NCBI GenBank assembly: GCA_044344255.1
Contig: JBIJDH010000004.1
Span: 256,001-320,000 of the forward strand
Source: Myxococcota bacterium
GTDB taxonomy: Bacteria; Myxococcota_A; UBA796; UBA2385
Length of the DNA: 64,000 nucleotides
Direction of reading: 5' to 3'
Shown: one piece after another, positions 55,110 through 64,000 of the stretch
How positions within the stretch are numbered: the first letter of the stretch is position 1
How the letters are laid out: each line of letters starts with the position of its first letter
Notes under the pieces: model-generated
The model's database searches: none
Told to the model about the DNA's origin: nothing
Seen by the model: the letters and a program-made list of their open reading frames with translations, nothing else
Program-made: the position numbers and the translations under genes

Positions 55110-56453
55110 GTGAGCATCGGAGGCGTCGTGACCGATCTGAAGCGGGTGGCCGTCGAAGTGGTGAGAGAGGCCCGAAAGGAGCCCGTGATCGGCGTGGAGG
55201 TGTTGGTCGTCCACAGCGAGCAGCGCGATTGGCGATCCGATCGCCCCTCCCCCACCCGGAGCGAGGCGGGCACCTCCACCGTGCGGGTCTTCCTGGACGG
55301 CGGGCGATCGGCGGAGGTGGCCCGCGAGGGGCTCGATCCCGCCGTCGGCGTGGCCGCCTTCCACGAGGCCGCGGCGCTCGCGGCCGCCGCTCCCCCCGAT
55401 CCATCCGCCGCGCTCGCCCCGCGCCTCGACGTGCCCAGTCGAGGCCTCGGGATCTGCGATCCGCGGCAGTCCATCCTCACCGACGAAGACCGCCAGGAGG
55501 CCCTCACCTGGAACGTCGAGGCCTGCCGGGAGGTGGGCGCGGGCGTGCTCCCCGGCCTGTTCGTCTACCGCGAGCGGGTCGAGCAGCGCGCCTTCGCCTC
55601 GAGCCGCGGGGTGGAGGCCCTCGAGAAGAGCACTCGCTTCGGCCTCTCGGGCTCCGCTTCGGCTGCAGAGGCCCCGGAGCACCTGGCGCGCGCCGAGAAC
55701 GCGAGCCGGAACTTCGCCGACGTGGCCAGTCGACCCCTCGGCACCGACCTTGGCCGGATGGTCCTGTCGATGTCACGGACGGCGAGCTTGCCTCGCTCAC
55801 CCTCGCCAATTCTGTTGTCGCCCGTCGTGGTGAGCCAGCTCCTGCCCGAGATCATGCAGGTCTTTCGGCGAGAGACGGTCGAGGACACCTTCCTCGCTCG
55901 GCACCTCAACACGGCGCTCGGGGTCGAGCGCCTCCATGTCATCGATGACGCCTCGATCCCCGGCGCGCTCGCGACCCGCGCCTTCGACGATCGCGGTGTC
56001 CCGCCCGTCCCCGTCCCGCTGCTCCGCGAGGGGGTCGCCTCGGGGCTCTTCCAAGGCGTGGGGGCTGCCCGCCGTCGGGATCAGCGCCCCACCGGCCACG
56101 AGACCCAGGGCGGCGGGCTCTGGCTCGGGAACCTCATCGTCCGTCCGGGCGGCCGCTCTCGAAACATGATCTTCCCCGAGCTCGGCCAGTTCGTGCTCGC
56201 GGAGGAGCTCGTCGAGCCGGTGGTCTTCGACGTCAAGACGGGCGCCCTCCGCCTCCGCGTGCGCGGCTTCCTCGCCGCCGCCGGGGCGCAGAGCTCCGCC
56301 GGGCAGCTCGGCCACATCGGGGTGCTGACCCTCGAGACCACGGTGCCCGAGCTCTTCCGCTCGATCCGAGAGCTGGCCTCGGATCACGAGCGGCACGGCA
56401 TCGTTGACACGCCGAGCTGGGTGCTCTCCGGGCCCTGGTTCACCGTGGCCTGA
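55110..56453 (+). CDS. TldE/PmbA-like protein
   Basis: IDD..PG....FDDRGVP, L..GV, TGH, NL.V.PG; no HEXXH motif. Confidence 0.75.
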   Translation: MSIGGVVTDLKRVAVEVVREARKEPVIGVEVLVVHSEQRDWRSDRPSPTRSEAGTSTVRVFLDGGRSAEVAREGLDPAVGVAAFHEAAALAAAAPPDPSAALAPRLDVPSRGLGICDPRQSILTDEDRQEALTWNVEACREVGAGVLPGLFVYRERVEQRAFASSRGVEALEKSTRFGLSGSASAAEAPEHLARAENASRNFADVASRPLGTDLGRMVLSMSRTASLPRSPSPILLSPVVVSQLLPEIMQVFRRETVEDTFLARHLNTALGVERLHVIDDASIPGALATRAFDDRGVPPVPVPLLREGVASGLFQGVGAARRRDQRPTGHETQGGGLWLGNLIVRPGGRSRNMIFPELGQFVLAEELVEPVVFDVKTGALRLRVRGFLAAAGAQSSAGQLGHIGVLTLETTVPELFRSIRELASDHERHGIVDTPSWVLSGPWFTVA

Positions 56454-56462
56454 GCGTCCGGG

Positions 56463-58601
56463 TCAGCCTTCGAAGCCGAGCCAGCGCCCCCCCTGGTAGA
56501 CGACGAAGCTCGCGACCCAGGCGAGGCCGGTCATGTAGACGAAGAGGAAGCTCGGCCAGGCCCAACCGCGGGTCTCGCGCTTGACAATGGCCAGCGTGCT
56601 CATGCACTGGCAGGCCAGCGCGAAGAAGACCATCAGCGAGAGGCCGACGAGGGGGGTGTAGGTGGCGCTGCCGTCCTCGCGGCGCTCGGCGCGGATGCGG
56701 TCGCGGAGCGGCGCGCTCTCTTCGTCCACCTCCTCGCCGACGCCGTAGACGATCCCCATCGTGCTGACGAAGACCTCGCGGGCGGCGAAGGCGCCGACGA
56801 TGCCGACGCCGATCTTCCAGTCGAAGCCGAGCGGGCGGATGGCGGGCTCGAGGGCGATGCCCACCTGGCCGGCGTAGCTACCCTGCAGAGACGCTGCCTC
56901 GAAGGCCGCCTGCTCGGCGGCGGGCCGCGCGTCCCAGTCCGCGGGGAGGTCCCGCTTCGGGAATTCGAGGAGGGCCCACATCAGCACGGTGCAGGCCAGG
57001 ATCACGGTGCCGGCCTCCGTGAGGAAGCTCCGGGAGCGCTCGACCATCAGCCGAAAGATCGAGCGCAGCGTCGGGAGGCGGTAGGGGGGCAGCTCGAGCA
57101 GCAGGGGCACCCGCTGGCCCTTGATGAGCGTGCGGCCGAGCACGCCGGCCGCGACGAGCGCGACCACCACGCTGAAGAGGTACATCGCCACCATCAGGAG
57201 CCCCTGGACCGGAAGCAGGCCGAAGAGGTGGTCTGGCGGGAAGAGGGCGCCGATGATGAGCGTGTAGACCGGGAGGCGGGCCGAGCAGGTCATGAGCGGC
57301 ACGACCATCATCGTGAGCAGGCGGTCGCGCTTGTGCTCCATCGTGCGGGTGGCCATGATCGCCGGGACCGCACAGGCAAAGCCCGACAACATCGGCACGA
57401 AGGCCCGGCCGTGGAGCCCGAGCGAGCGCATGATGCGGTCCATCAAGTAGGCCGCGCGGGCCATGTAGCCGCTGTCCTCGAGCAGGCCGATGAAGAAGAA
57501 GAGCAGGAGGATCTGGGGCAAGAAGACGATGACGTTCCCGACGCCGCCGATCACGCCCTCCACCAGGAGGTCGGTGAGCAAGCTGGCCGGCAGCCGGGCG
57601 CTCGCCTGCTCGCCGAGCCAGCCCACCGCGGCCTCGATCGCGGAGATGGCGGGGTCAGAGCCGCTGAAGAGCGCCTGGAACATGATCAGCATGATCAAGA
57701 GGAAGGCCGCGAAGCCGAAGACGGGGTGCAGGAGGATCCGGTCGACCCGCTCGGTGTGGTTGCGCGGCGGGGGCGGGCGATAAAAGGCGGGCTGCTCCCG
57801 ATCGAGGAAGGCGTAGCGGGGGACGATGACCTCGGCGTCGATGTCTCGCCCTGCGGCGAGGGCCGCGGCCTGCGCCTGGAGCACCGCGGCCCGGAGCGAG
57901 GGCTCGACGCCGGTGAGCTCGTCGCCCGGCGCCACGCTGGTCAGCAGCCAGAGGGCGTAGGCGGCGCGGGTCTCGGGGGGCAGACCGCTGGGGAGAGAGG
58001 GTAGCAGTGCGGTGACGTCGGCCCGCAGAGCCTCTCCATAGGGGACCTCTACGGCGCCGTGGGGCGGCCGACGGACGGCGTCGGCCAGGGCGGCGCGGAG
58101 GGCGGGGAGGCCGAAGCCGCTCTTGGCGCTCGTGGGCAGGCAGGGGACCCCGAGGATCGTGGTGAGGGAGCGGTGGTCGGGCGGGCTGTCCGCCACCTCG
58201 TCGATGAGGTTCAGCGCCAGGACGGTGGGGATGCCGAGCTCGATGATCTGGATGGCGAGGTAGAGGTTTCGGACGAGCTGGGTGGCGTCGAGGATCACGA
58301 GCGCCAGCGTGGGGGCGGGGTTGCCGTTGCGGCCCAGCAGGGCGTCGATCGCGATCTGCTCCTCCCCGCCACGCGCCGAGAGGCTGTAGGTGCCTGGGAC
58401 GTCGACGATCTCGACCGTGAGCGGATCGGCGCCGGCGATGGGCAGCTTCACCGTGCCCGTGCGGCGCTCGACGGTGACCCCTGGGTAGTTCCCGACCCGC
58501 GCGTTCTGCCCGGTGAGCCGATTGAAGAGGGCCGTCTTGCCGACGTTCGGGTTGCCGACGATGGCGATCAAGGGCGGGGGGGCCGGCGGGTGCGGGCTCA
58601 T
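56463..58601 (-). CDS. feoB: Ferrous iron transporter FeoB
   Basis: GNPNVGKT, NYPGVTVE, DVPGTYSL, LEDSGY.ARAA, CSARLPVY, ELPPY, AREV. Confidence 0.96.
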   Translation of the reverse strand: MSPHPPAPPPLIAIVGNPNVGKTALFNRLTGQNARVGNYPGVTVERRTGTVKLPIAGADPLTVEIVDVPGTYSLSARGGEEQIAIDALLGRNGNPAPTLALVILDATQLVRNLYLAIQIIELGIPTVLALNLIDEVADSPPDHRSLTTILGVPCLPTSAKSGFGLPALRAALADAVRRPPHGAVEVPYGEALRADVTALLPSLPSGLPPETRAAYALWLLTSVAPGDELTGVEPSLRAAVLQAQAAALAAGRDIDAEVIVPRYAFLDREQPAFYRPPPPRNHTERVDRILLHPVFGFAAFLLIMLIMFQALFSGSDPAISAIEAAVGWLGEQASARLPASLLTDLLVEGVIGGVGNVIVFLPQILLLFFFIGLLEDSGYMARAAYLMDRIMRSLGLHGRAFVPMLSGFACAVPAIMATRTMEHKRDRLLTMMVVPLMTCSARLPVYTLIIGALFPPDHLFGLLPVQGLLMVAMYLFSVVVALVAAGVLGRTLIKGQRVPLLLELPPYRLPTLRSIFRLMVERSRSFLTEAGTVILACTVLMWALLEFPKRDLPADWDARPAAEQAAFEAASLQGSYAGQVGIALEPAIRPLGFDWKIGVGIVGAFAAREVFVSTMGIVYGVGEEVDEESAPLRDRIRAERREDGSATYTPLVGLSLMVFFALACQCMSTLAIVKRETRGWAWPSFLFVYMTGLAWVASFVVYQGGRWLGFEG

Positions 58602-58843
58602 GTCCGGACGGCGCCGGTGGCGGAGACCATCAGCAGATCGGCCTCCTGGCGGCGGATCGAGAGGCGGCAGCCCCGAACCAAGAGCTCGATCGGATCCCCC
58701 ATCGGCGCCACCTTCGTCATCCGAATGGCTGTCCCGGGCACGAGCCCGAGCTCCATCAAGCGGCGGCGAAAGGCCCGCTCTCCGCCGACGGCCTGCACGA
58801 CCACAGGGGTCTCGAGGGGGAGGGTGGTGAGCGCGACGTTCAT
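58598..58843 (-). CDS. feoA: FeoA
   Basis: RRLMELGLVPG..APMGDP..LSIR..EA; ATGA overlap with feoB. Confidence 0.93.
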   Translation of the reverse strand: MNVALTTLPLETPVVVQAVGGERAFRRRLMELGLVPGTAIRMTKVAPMGDPIELLVRGCRLSIRRQEADLLMVSATGAVRT

Positions 58844-58874
58844 GCGGTCCTCCAGCGTTGCCCCTTAGCGCGTC

Positions 58875-58895
58875 TGAAATTGATAGTCACTTTCA
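58875..58895. promoter_or_regulatory. Fur-box-like operator upstream of feoAB
   Basis: TGAAATTGATAGTCACTTTCA, near-palindromic, 16/21 identical to TGATAATGATAATCATTATCA, about 30 nt upstream of feoA. Confidence 0.75.
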
Positions 58896-59035
58896 AAAAA
58901 TGGGACACCCGCCGTGGGTCGAGGCTCAGGCACAGGGACCTGCGCGAGATCAGGTCATGGTCGGCGCTCCTCGGCGGTGGCCTCGGGCGGCCTGATCTCC
59001 GCTCGCCTCGATACGGGGAGGTCGCGGAGGTCACG

Positions 59036-60715
59036 ATGCGTGAAGCGGTCGGAGCGGTCGGAGCGGGCGAGAGCGGCGGCGATGCGACGAGCCGGGGGCG
59101 GGCTGACCTCGCAGGGTGGCTGGCGGCGCAGCCCGCCGATCTGTACGCCGATGACCTGGCCTTCCAGGCCCTCGTCGCCGCGGCGGGCCTCGAAGATCGG
59201 GCGGAGCGGCTCGGGGAGGTCGGGCGAACGGTGGCCGGGCCGCTCGACCGGGCCGTGCGGGAGAACAACCTCCACCGCAACTTACCCGTGCTGGACGACT
59301 GGGACGCGATCGGCCGCTTCACGAGCGGGGTGAGCCACCACCCCACCTGGCGGGAGGCCGGCAGGATGATCTACGGCACCGGGGTCATGACCGCCTATGG
59401 CGAGCCCGTCGTGCCCCATCGTTACATCCTCGGGCTGTTCTACCTCACCGCCCAGGCCGGGGAGGCGGGCCACAACTGCCCGCTCGCCTGTGCCGCGGGG
59501 GCGATCCGCTCGCTGCAGGCGCTCGGCACCCCGGCCCAGCGGGCCCGCTACCTGCCGCGTCTGCTCGATCCCGACTTCGACTCGAACTTCACCGCCTCCC
59601 AGTTCCTGACCGAGCTCCAGGGCGGCTCCGACGTCGGCGCCAACGCGGTGCGGGCCGAGCCGGTCGAGGGCGGCGGCGGCGCCGGCTCGCGGTGGCAGAT
59701 CTCGGGAGAGAAGTGGTTCTGCTCCAACGCCGACGCCGACGTCTTCCTCCTCACGGCGCGGGTGGCGCCGCCCGAGACCGGCACGGGGGGCCTCGGCCTC
59801 TTCCTCCTCCCGCGTCAGCGCGCCGACGGGCGGCCCAACGGCTTCCGCCTGCGGCGGCTCAAGGACAAGCTCGGCACCCGCTCGATGGCCTCGGGGGAGA
59901 TCGACTTCGACCGGGCGGAGGCGGAGGCCCTCGGGCCGGTCGATCGGGGCTTCAAGAACGTGATCGAGGGGGTGATCAACACGTCTCGCCTCTACAACGC
60001 CTTCGGCTGCGCGGCCCACGCCCGCCGGGCCTGGGTTGTGGCGAGCACCTATGCTCAGCACCGTCGGGCATTCGGGCGGCCGATCGGGGGCTTCGCCGCC
60101 GTGCAGGAGACCCTGGCGTGGATGCGGGCCGACGCGACGGCCTGCCTCGCCTCCTCCTGGTGGCTGGCTGAGCTCCAAGAGCGCCTCGACGCGGGCAGCG
60201 CCTCGAAGGCCGACGCGGACTTCTTCCGCGTGGCGGTCAACCTGAACAAGCTGCGCACCTGCGTGCTCGCCCACGAGGTCGTCAACCATGGCATCGAGAT
60301 CCTGGGCGGGAACGGGGCCATCGAGAGCTTCTCGGTCCTGCCGCGCCTCCTGCGCGACAACGTGGTCTACGAGAACTGGGAGGGCAGCCACAACGTGCTG
60401 CGGGCGCAGGTCCTGCGCGACTGTCAGCGCCTCGGTGTGCACCGTGGCTTCTTCGAGGTGCTGGAGGGGAGGCTGGGGCCGGCGGCGCTCGAGGCCGATC
60501 GACAGGAGCTCGACGCGCTGCTCGCCGAGGGCGGCCCCTTGGCGGAGCTGAGGTTCCGGCGGCTGGCCGATCGGCTCGCCACCTGGGTGATGGTAGGGGC
60601 CCTGTCGGTGCACCCCTCGCTCCAGGCGGAGGGGCGGGTCACGGCCCGCCACCTCGAGGCGCCGAAGGTGGACGCCGAGTGGCTCCGGCTCGTGGAGGGC
60701 TTGCAGCGGGGCTGA
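59036..60715 (+). CDS. Acyl-CoA dehydrogenase, AidB-like
   Basis: GHNCP, TELQGGSDVG, GEKWFCSN, RLKDKLGTRSMASGE, WEGSHNV; ATG follows GGAGG. Confidence 0.85.
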   Translation: MREAVGAVGAGESGGDATSRGRADLAGWLAAQPADLYADDLAFQALVAAAGLEDRAERLGEVGRTVAGPLDRAVRENNLHRNLPVLDDWDAIGRFTSGVSHHPTWREAGRMIYGTGVMTAYGEPVVPHRYILGLFYLTAQAGEAGHNCPLACAAGAIRSLQALGTPAQRARYLPRLLDPDFDSNFTASQFLTELQGGSDVGANAVRAEPVEGGGGAGSRWQISGEKWFCSNADADVFLLTARVAPPETGTGGLGLFLLPRQRADGRPNGFRLRRLKDKLGTRSMASGEIDFDRAEAEALGPVDRGFKNVIEGVINTSRLYNAFGCAAHARRAWVVASTYAQHRRAFGRPIGGFAAVQETLAWMRADATACLASSWWLAELQERLDAGSASKADADFFRVAVNLNKLRTCVLAHEVVNHGIEILGGNGAIESFSVLPRLLRDNVVYENWEGSHNVLRAQVLRDCQRLGVHRGFFEVLEGRLGPAALEADRQELDALLAEGGPLAELRFRRLADRLATWVMVGALSVHPSLQAEGRVTARHLEAPKVDAEWLRLVEGLQRG

Positions 60716-60919
60716 TGCGCGCCCGTCGGGAGCCGGGAGCGCGGCGACGCCGTGGTTCCAGGGCGGGTAAGGGGCCGCCCCGCCTCGTTCTTTTTGGGGC
60801 GCTCATGTGTTACAACCGCGGCCGCTCAGCCGGTGAGCGGCTTGCGCGCAGCTTCGGGCGGGTGACCGCTGAGGGGCGCGTGGGGCGACTCGCCCGTGGG
60901 CCTGTGGGGTGAACCTGTG

Positions 60920-61981
60920 ATGGGGGCTTCGATGTCGGAAGTGCGTGTCGGTTGGAGGCAGGTCGGCCTCGTCTTTTCCTTGTTCGCCGTGGCGATCGTC
61001 GCCCTGATGGTCGGGCCGGCTCGCGCCCAGTCTGCCCAGTGGGTCTTGAAGGTCGCCTCGGTGGCGCCGGATGGCACGCCCTGGACCGAGGGCCTCAACC
61101 GTTTCAAGGCCTCGGTGTGGACCGCCTCCGAGAAGCGGCTGGAGGTGCGCGTCTTCTCCGCGGGCACGCTCGGCGATGAGAACGAGACCGTCATCGCCAC
61201 GCAGCGCGGGCAGATCCAGGGCGTGGGCGCCTCGACGGGCGCGATCGCCTCCCTGGTCCCCGAGCTCAACGTGCTGGAGCTCCCGTACCTGTTCCGCGAC
61301 CAGAAGGAGGCCGACCATGTGCTCGACAAGGTCATCCTCCAGACGATGGAGAAGGCCTTCGAGGCGCGCGGCCTCGTGCTCGGCTTCTGGAGCGAGAACG
61401 GGTACCGCTCTTACGGCACCAACTTCGGCTTCGTGAAGTCGCCCGACGCCCTCAAGGGCCACAAGATGCGCAGCCAGGAGAACCCGGTGCACATCGGGCT
61501 CTACAAGGCTCTCGGCGCCTCACCGGTGCCCATCCCCACCACCGAGGTGCTCACCTCGCTGCAGACCGGCGTGGTCGATGGGTACGACAACACCGCGCTC
61601 TTCGCGCAGGCCGCGCAGTGGGCGAGCTCGACCAAGTACTACACGGTCACCAATCACATCTACCAGCCGGCCGCCATCGTCTACAACAAGGCCTTCTTCT
61701 ACAGCTTGCCCGCCGACGTGCAGGCTGACCTGAAGAGCCCCCGGGCCGCCTTGATGCAGGAGATGCGGGAGGAGATCCGGACCCTCGACACCATGCTCCT
61801 CGACAATTTCAAGGCGATGAAGGTGCAGGTCTACGCGCTCACCCCGGCCGAGCGCCAGACCTTCGACGCCCCCGCCAAGAAGGCGCGCGAAGAGTACATC
61901 GCCAAGGCCAGCCCCGCCGAGAAGGCGCTCTACGCGCAGATCACCAAGGGGATCACCGATTACCGGGCCACCCACAAGTGA
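60920..61981 (+). CDS. dctP: TRAP transporter substrate-binding protein
   Basis: Signal peptide, ASVAPDGTPW, ELPYLF, ENGYR, LKG.KMR, LQTGVVDG; start uncertain. Confidence 0.88.
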   Translation: MGASMSEVRVGWRQVGLVFSLFAVAIVALMVGPARAQSAQWVLKVASVAPDGTPWTEGLNRFKASVWTASEKRLEVRVFSAGTLGDENETVIATQRGQIQGVGASTGAIASLVPELNVLELPYLFRDQKEADHVLDKVILQTMEKAFEARGLVLGFWSENGYRSYGTNFGFVKSPDALKGHKMRSQENPVHIGLYKALGASPVPIPTTEVLTSLQTGVVDGYDNTALFAQAAQWASSTKYYTVTNHIYQPAAIVYNKAFFYSLPADVQADLKSPRAALMQEMREEIRTLDTMLLDNFKAMKVQVYALTPAERQTFDAPAKKAREEYIAKASPAEKALYAQITKGITDYRATHK

Positions 61982-62775
61982 TGGGTGCGCTCGAGCGGTT
62001 CGATGAGCGCCTGTACCGGGCCGAGCGCGCCCTCGTGGCGGCGATGCTCGCGATCATGGGCGTCGTGGTCTTCCTCGACGTGATGTTGCGCGTCACCACC
62101 CGCGAAGGGAGCCCGCTCGCGAACCCGCTCGTCCAGGGTGTGGCCTTTGGGGTGCTCACCGCGCTCGGCCTGCGCTACCGCGGGGTGGCCCGAGCCCCCC
62201 TGCTCGGGGTCGGCGGGGGCGTCGCCGCGGTGCTGTTCATCCAGCTCATGCTGCTGCTCTTCCCGAACGGCCTCATCTGGTCGCAGACGCTCGCCTTGGC
62301 CTTCACGCTCTGGCTCGGGATGGTCGGCGCGACGCTGGCCGCCCACGACCGGCGGCACCTCGCGCTCGACATCGGCAGCAAGCTGTGGCCCCCCGCCCTC
62401 GCGCCCAAGGTCGCGGCGGTGGGGCACGGGGTCACGGCGCTCTTCTGTCTGTCGCTCGTCTTCCTCGGGTATCGCTCGGTCTCGGCCCATTATGCGACCT
62501 GGGCCGACAGCGAGGGGAGCGCCGGCATCTTCCCCGTCCAGATGGAGCTGCTCGGCTTCGAGCTGCCCATCATCAAGTGGGTGGTCTTCACCGCCATCCC
62601 CTACGGCGGGGCCTCCCTCTTCTTCCGCTTCACCCTCGACGCTGCGCGGGCTTGGACCGGTCGGCTTCCCGTCGGGGAGGATGACACCTTGCAGCAGCTC
62701 GGCATCCAGCCCTCGTCTGCGCTGGGCACCGTAGAGCCGAGCGGCGTGCCGATCGGCCCCGAGGAGTCCCCGTGA
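61978..62775 (+). CDS. dctQ: TRAP transporter small permease
   Basis: TM helices, W.GM.GA.LA....RHLALD; overlaps the dctP stop. Confidence 0.8.
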   Translation: MMGALERFDERLYRAERALVAAMLAIMGVVVFLDVMLRVTTREGSPLANPLVQGVAFGVLTALGLRYRGVARAPLLGVGGGVAAVLFIQLMLLLFPNGLIWSQTLALAFTLWLGMVGATLAAHDRRHLALDIGSKLWPPALAPKVAAVGHGVTALFCLSLVFLGYRSVSAHYATWADSEGSAGIFPVQMELLGFELPIIKWVVFTAIPYGGASLFFRFTLDAARAWTGRLPVGEDDTLQQLGIQPSSALGTVEPSGVPIGPEESP

Positions 62776-64000
62776 GCGGCCTCATCCTGATCCTCGTGAT
62801 GGTGGGGCTCGCGCTCCTGGGCGCGCGCCTCTTCGTCGTGGTGGGGGTGGCCACCGCCCTCTGCTTCTTGCTCTTCCTCGGAGACTCCGACCCCCTCCTC
62901 CAGATGGACCGCATCGTCACCAAGATGGAGGGCCTGTCTACGAAGAACGTGTTCTTGTCGATCCCCTTCTTCGTGGCCAGCGGCGCCATCATGACGAAGG
63001 GCGGCATCGCCAAGCGCCTCACCGACCTCGCACAGGCGGCGGTGGGCTGGCTCCCGGGCGGCCTCGCCGTCGCCTCCGTGGTGGCCTGCATCATCTTCGC
63101 CGCCATCAGCGGCTCCTCGCCGGTCACCCTGGTGGCGGTGGGGAGCGTGATGTTCCCCGCCCTGGTGTCCGCTGGCTACCCGAAGAAGTTCTCGACGGGC
63201 CTCATCACCAGCGCCGGCAGCCTCGGCTGCATGATCCCGCCCGCCATCTCGATGCTGATCTACGCGATCAGCGTGCAGGGCTCCGCCTCGGTGGACCCTG
63301 CCGATCTCTTCTTCGCCGGGCTCGTGCCTGCGCTCTTCATCGCAGGCTTGTTGGCCGTGTACAGCGTGTGGGTGGGCCTCAGCGTGCCGGGCTCACGCCG
63401 CCCCTTCAACCTGGGTGAGCTCACGACGGCCCTCGCGGGCGCGGCCTGGTCGCTGACCCTGCCGGCCATCGTGCTCGGCGGGATCTACGGCGGGGTCTTC
63501 ACCCCCACCGAGGCCGGCGCTGTGGCCTTCGCGGCCAGCGTGATCATCGCCTGCGGCATCCATGGCGACGTGCCTTGGCGGCGCCTGCCCGCCATCCTCA
63601 TGGAGGCCGCCACCCTCATCGGCAGCCTGATCTTGATCGTGGTGCTGGCCTTTGGCCTCAACGACTTCCTCGCCGAGGTGGACGCCCCCGGCATCATCAA
63701 GCGCTGGGTCGAGACCGCTGACCTCAACGCCTGGCAATTCATGTTGCTCGTCAACATCGTGCTGATCGTGCTCGGCGCCCTGATGGACAGCATCTCGGCC
63801 ACGCTCGTCTTCGCGCCCATGTTGGCCCCGGTGGCGATCAACCACTACGGCATCGATCCCATCCACTTCGGAGTCGTCTTCGTGGTGAACATGGAGATCG
63901 GCTACATCGCGCCCCCGGTGGCCACCAACCTGTTCGTGGCCGCCGCGATCTTCCGGCAGCCCTTCGTCGATGTCGCCAAGGCCATCGTGCCCACGCTCGG
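62772..64000 (+). CDS. dctM: TRAP transporter large permease (runs off window end; absent from the ORF track)
   Basis: GTGA overlap with dctQ; my translation gives IPFFVASG.IM..GG, FAAISGSS, AGSLG.MIPP, GGIYGGVFTPTEA, IDPIHFG, EIGYIAPPVATNLF. Confidence 0.92.
   Translation, partial: MSGLILILVMVGLALLGARLFVVVGVATALCFLLFLGDSDPLLQMDRIVTKMEGLSTKNVFLSIPFFVASGAIMTKGGIAKRLTDLAQAAVGWLPGGLAVASVVACIIFAAISGSSPVTLVAVGSVMFPALVSAGYPKKFSTGLITSAGSLGCMIPPAISMLIYAISVQGSASVDPADLFFAGLVPALFIAGLLAVYSVWVGLSVPGSRRPFNLGELTTALAGAAWSLTLPAIVLGGIYGGVFTPTEAGAVAFAASVIIACGIHGDVPWRRLPAILMEAATLIGSLILIVVLAFGLNDFLAEVDAPGIIKRWVETADLNAWQFMLLVNIVLIVLGALMDSISATLVFAPMLAPVAINHYGIDPIHFGVVFVVNMEIGYIAPPVATNLFVAAAIFRQPFVDVAKAIVPTL

Overview
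Very GC-rich bacterial chromosomal segment. The gene repertoire (Ser/Thr kinases with PEGA or FGE domains, DUF1552/DUF1592 pair, Cys-rich lipoproteins, HDOD proteins, large NAD-GDH) suggests a Myxococcota-like organism; this is inference. About 50 real CDSs are present, and most other ORFs in the track are antisense shadows. Housekeeping and metabolic genes include gabT, a divergent folE, mutM, a topoisomerase II A+B pair (Topo IV-like), asd, pfaD, ftcd, an M1 aminopeptidase, yggS, maf, gdhB, feoAB with a Fur-box-like operator, an AidB-like acyl-CoA dehydrogenase and a TRAP transporter. The standout is a visibly lower-GC island of about 3.8 kb (about 27220-31020). It encodes a pentapeptide-repeat/ion-channel membrane protein coupled to a Pol-beta-type nucleotidyltransferase, an architecture resembling Hailong HalA/HalB anti-phage defence. 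Facing this pair are a PD-(D/E)xK nuclease-like gene coupled to a small unknown gene, then a decayed IS4 transposase and a 5'-truncated host gene. Other notable items are an apparently catalytically dead RAYT (HUH)-HTH protein heading an operon with a REP-like hairpin upstream, a cytochrome b5/beta-barrel fusion, a HAD-acyltransferase-B12 radical SAM cluster and an orphan pfaD. No rRNA, tRNA or CRISPR array was recognised. All family calls come from motif recognition by eye; no searches were run.
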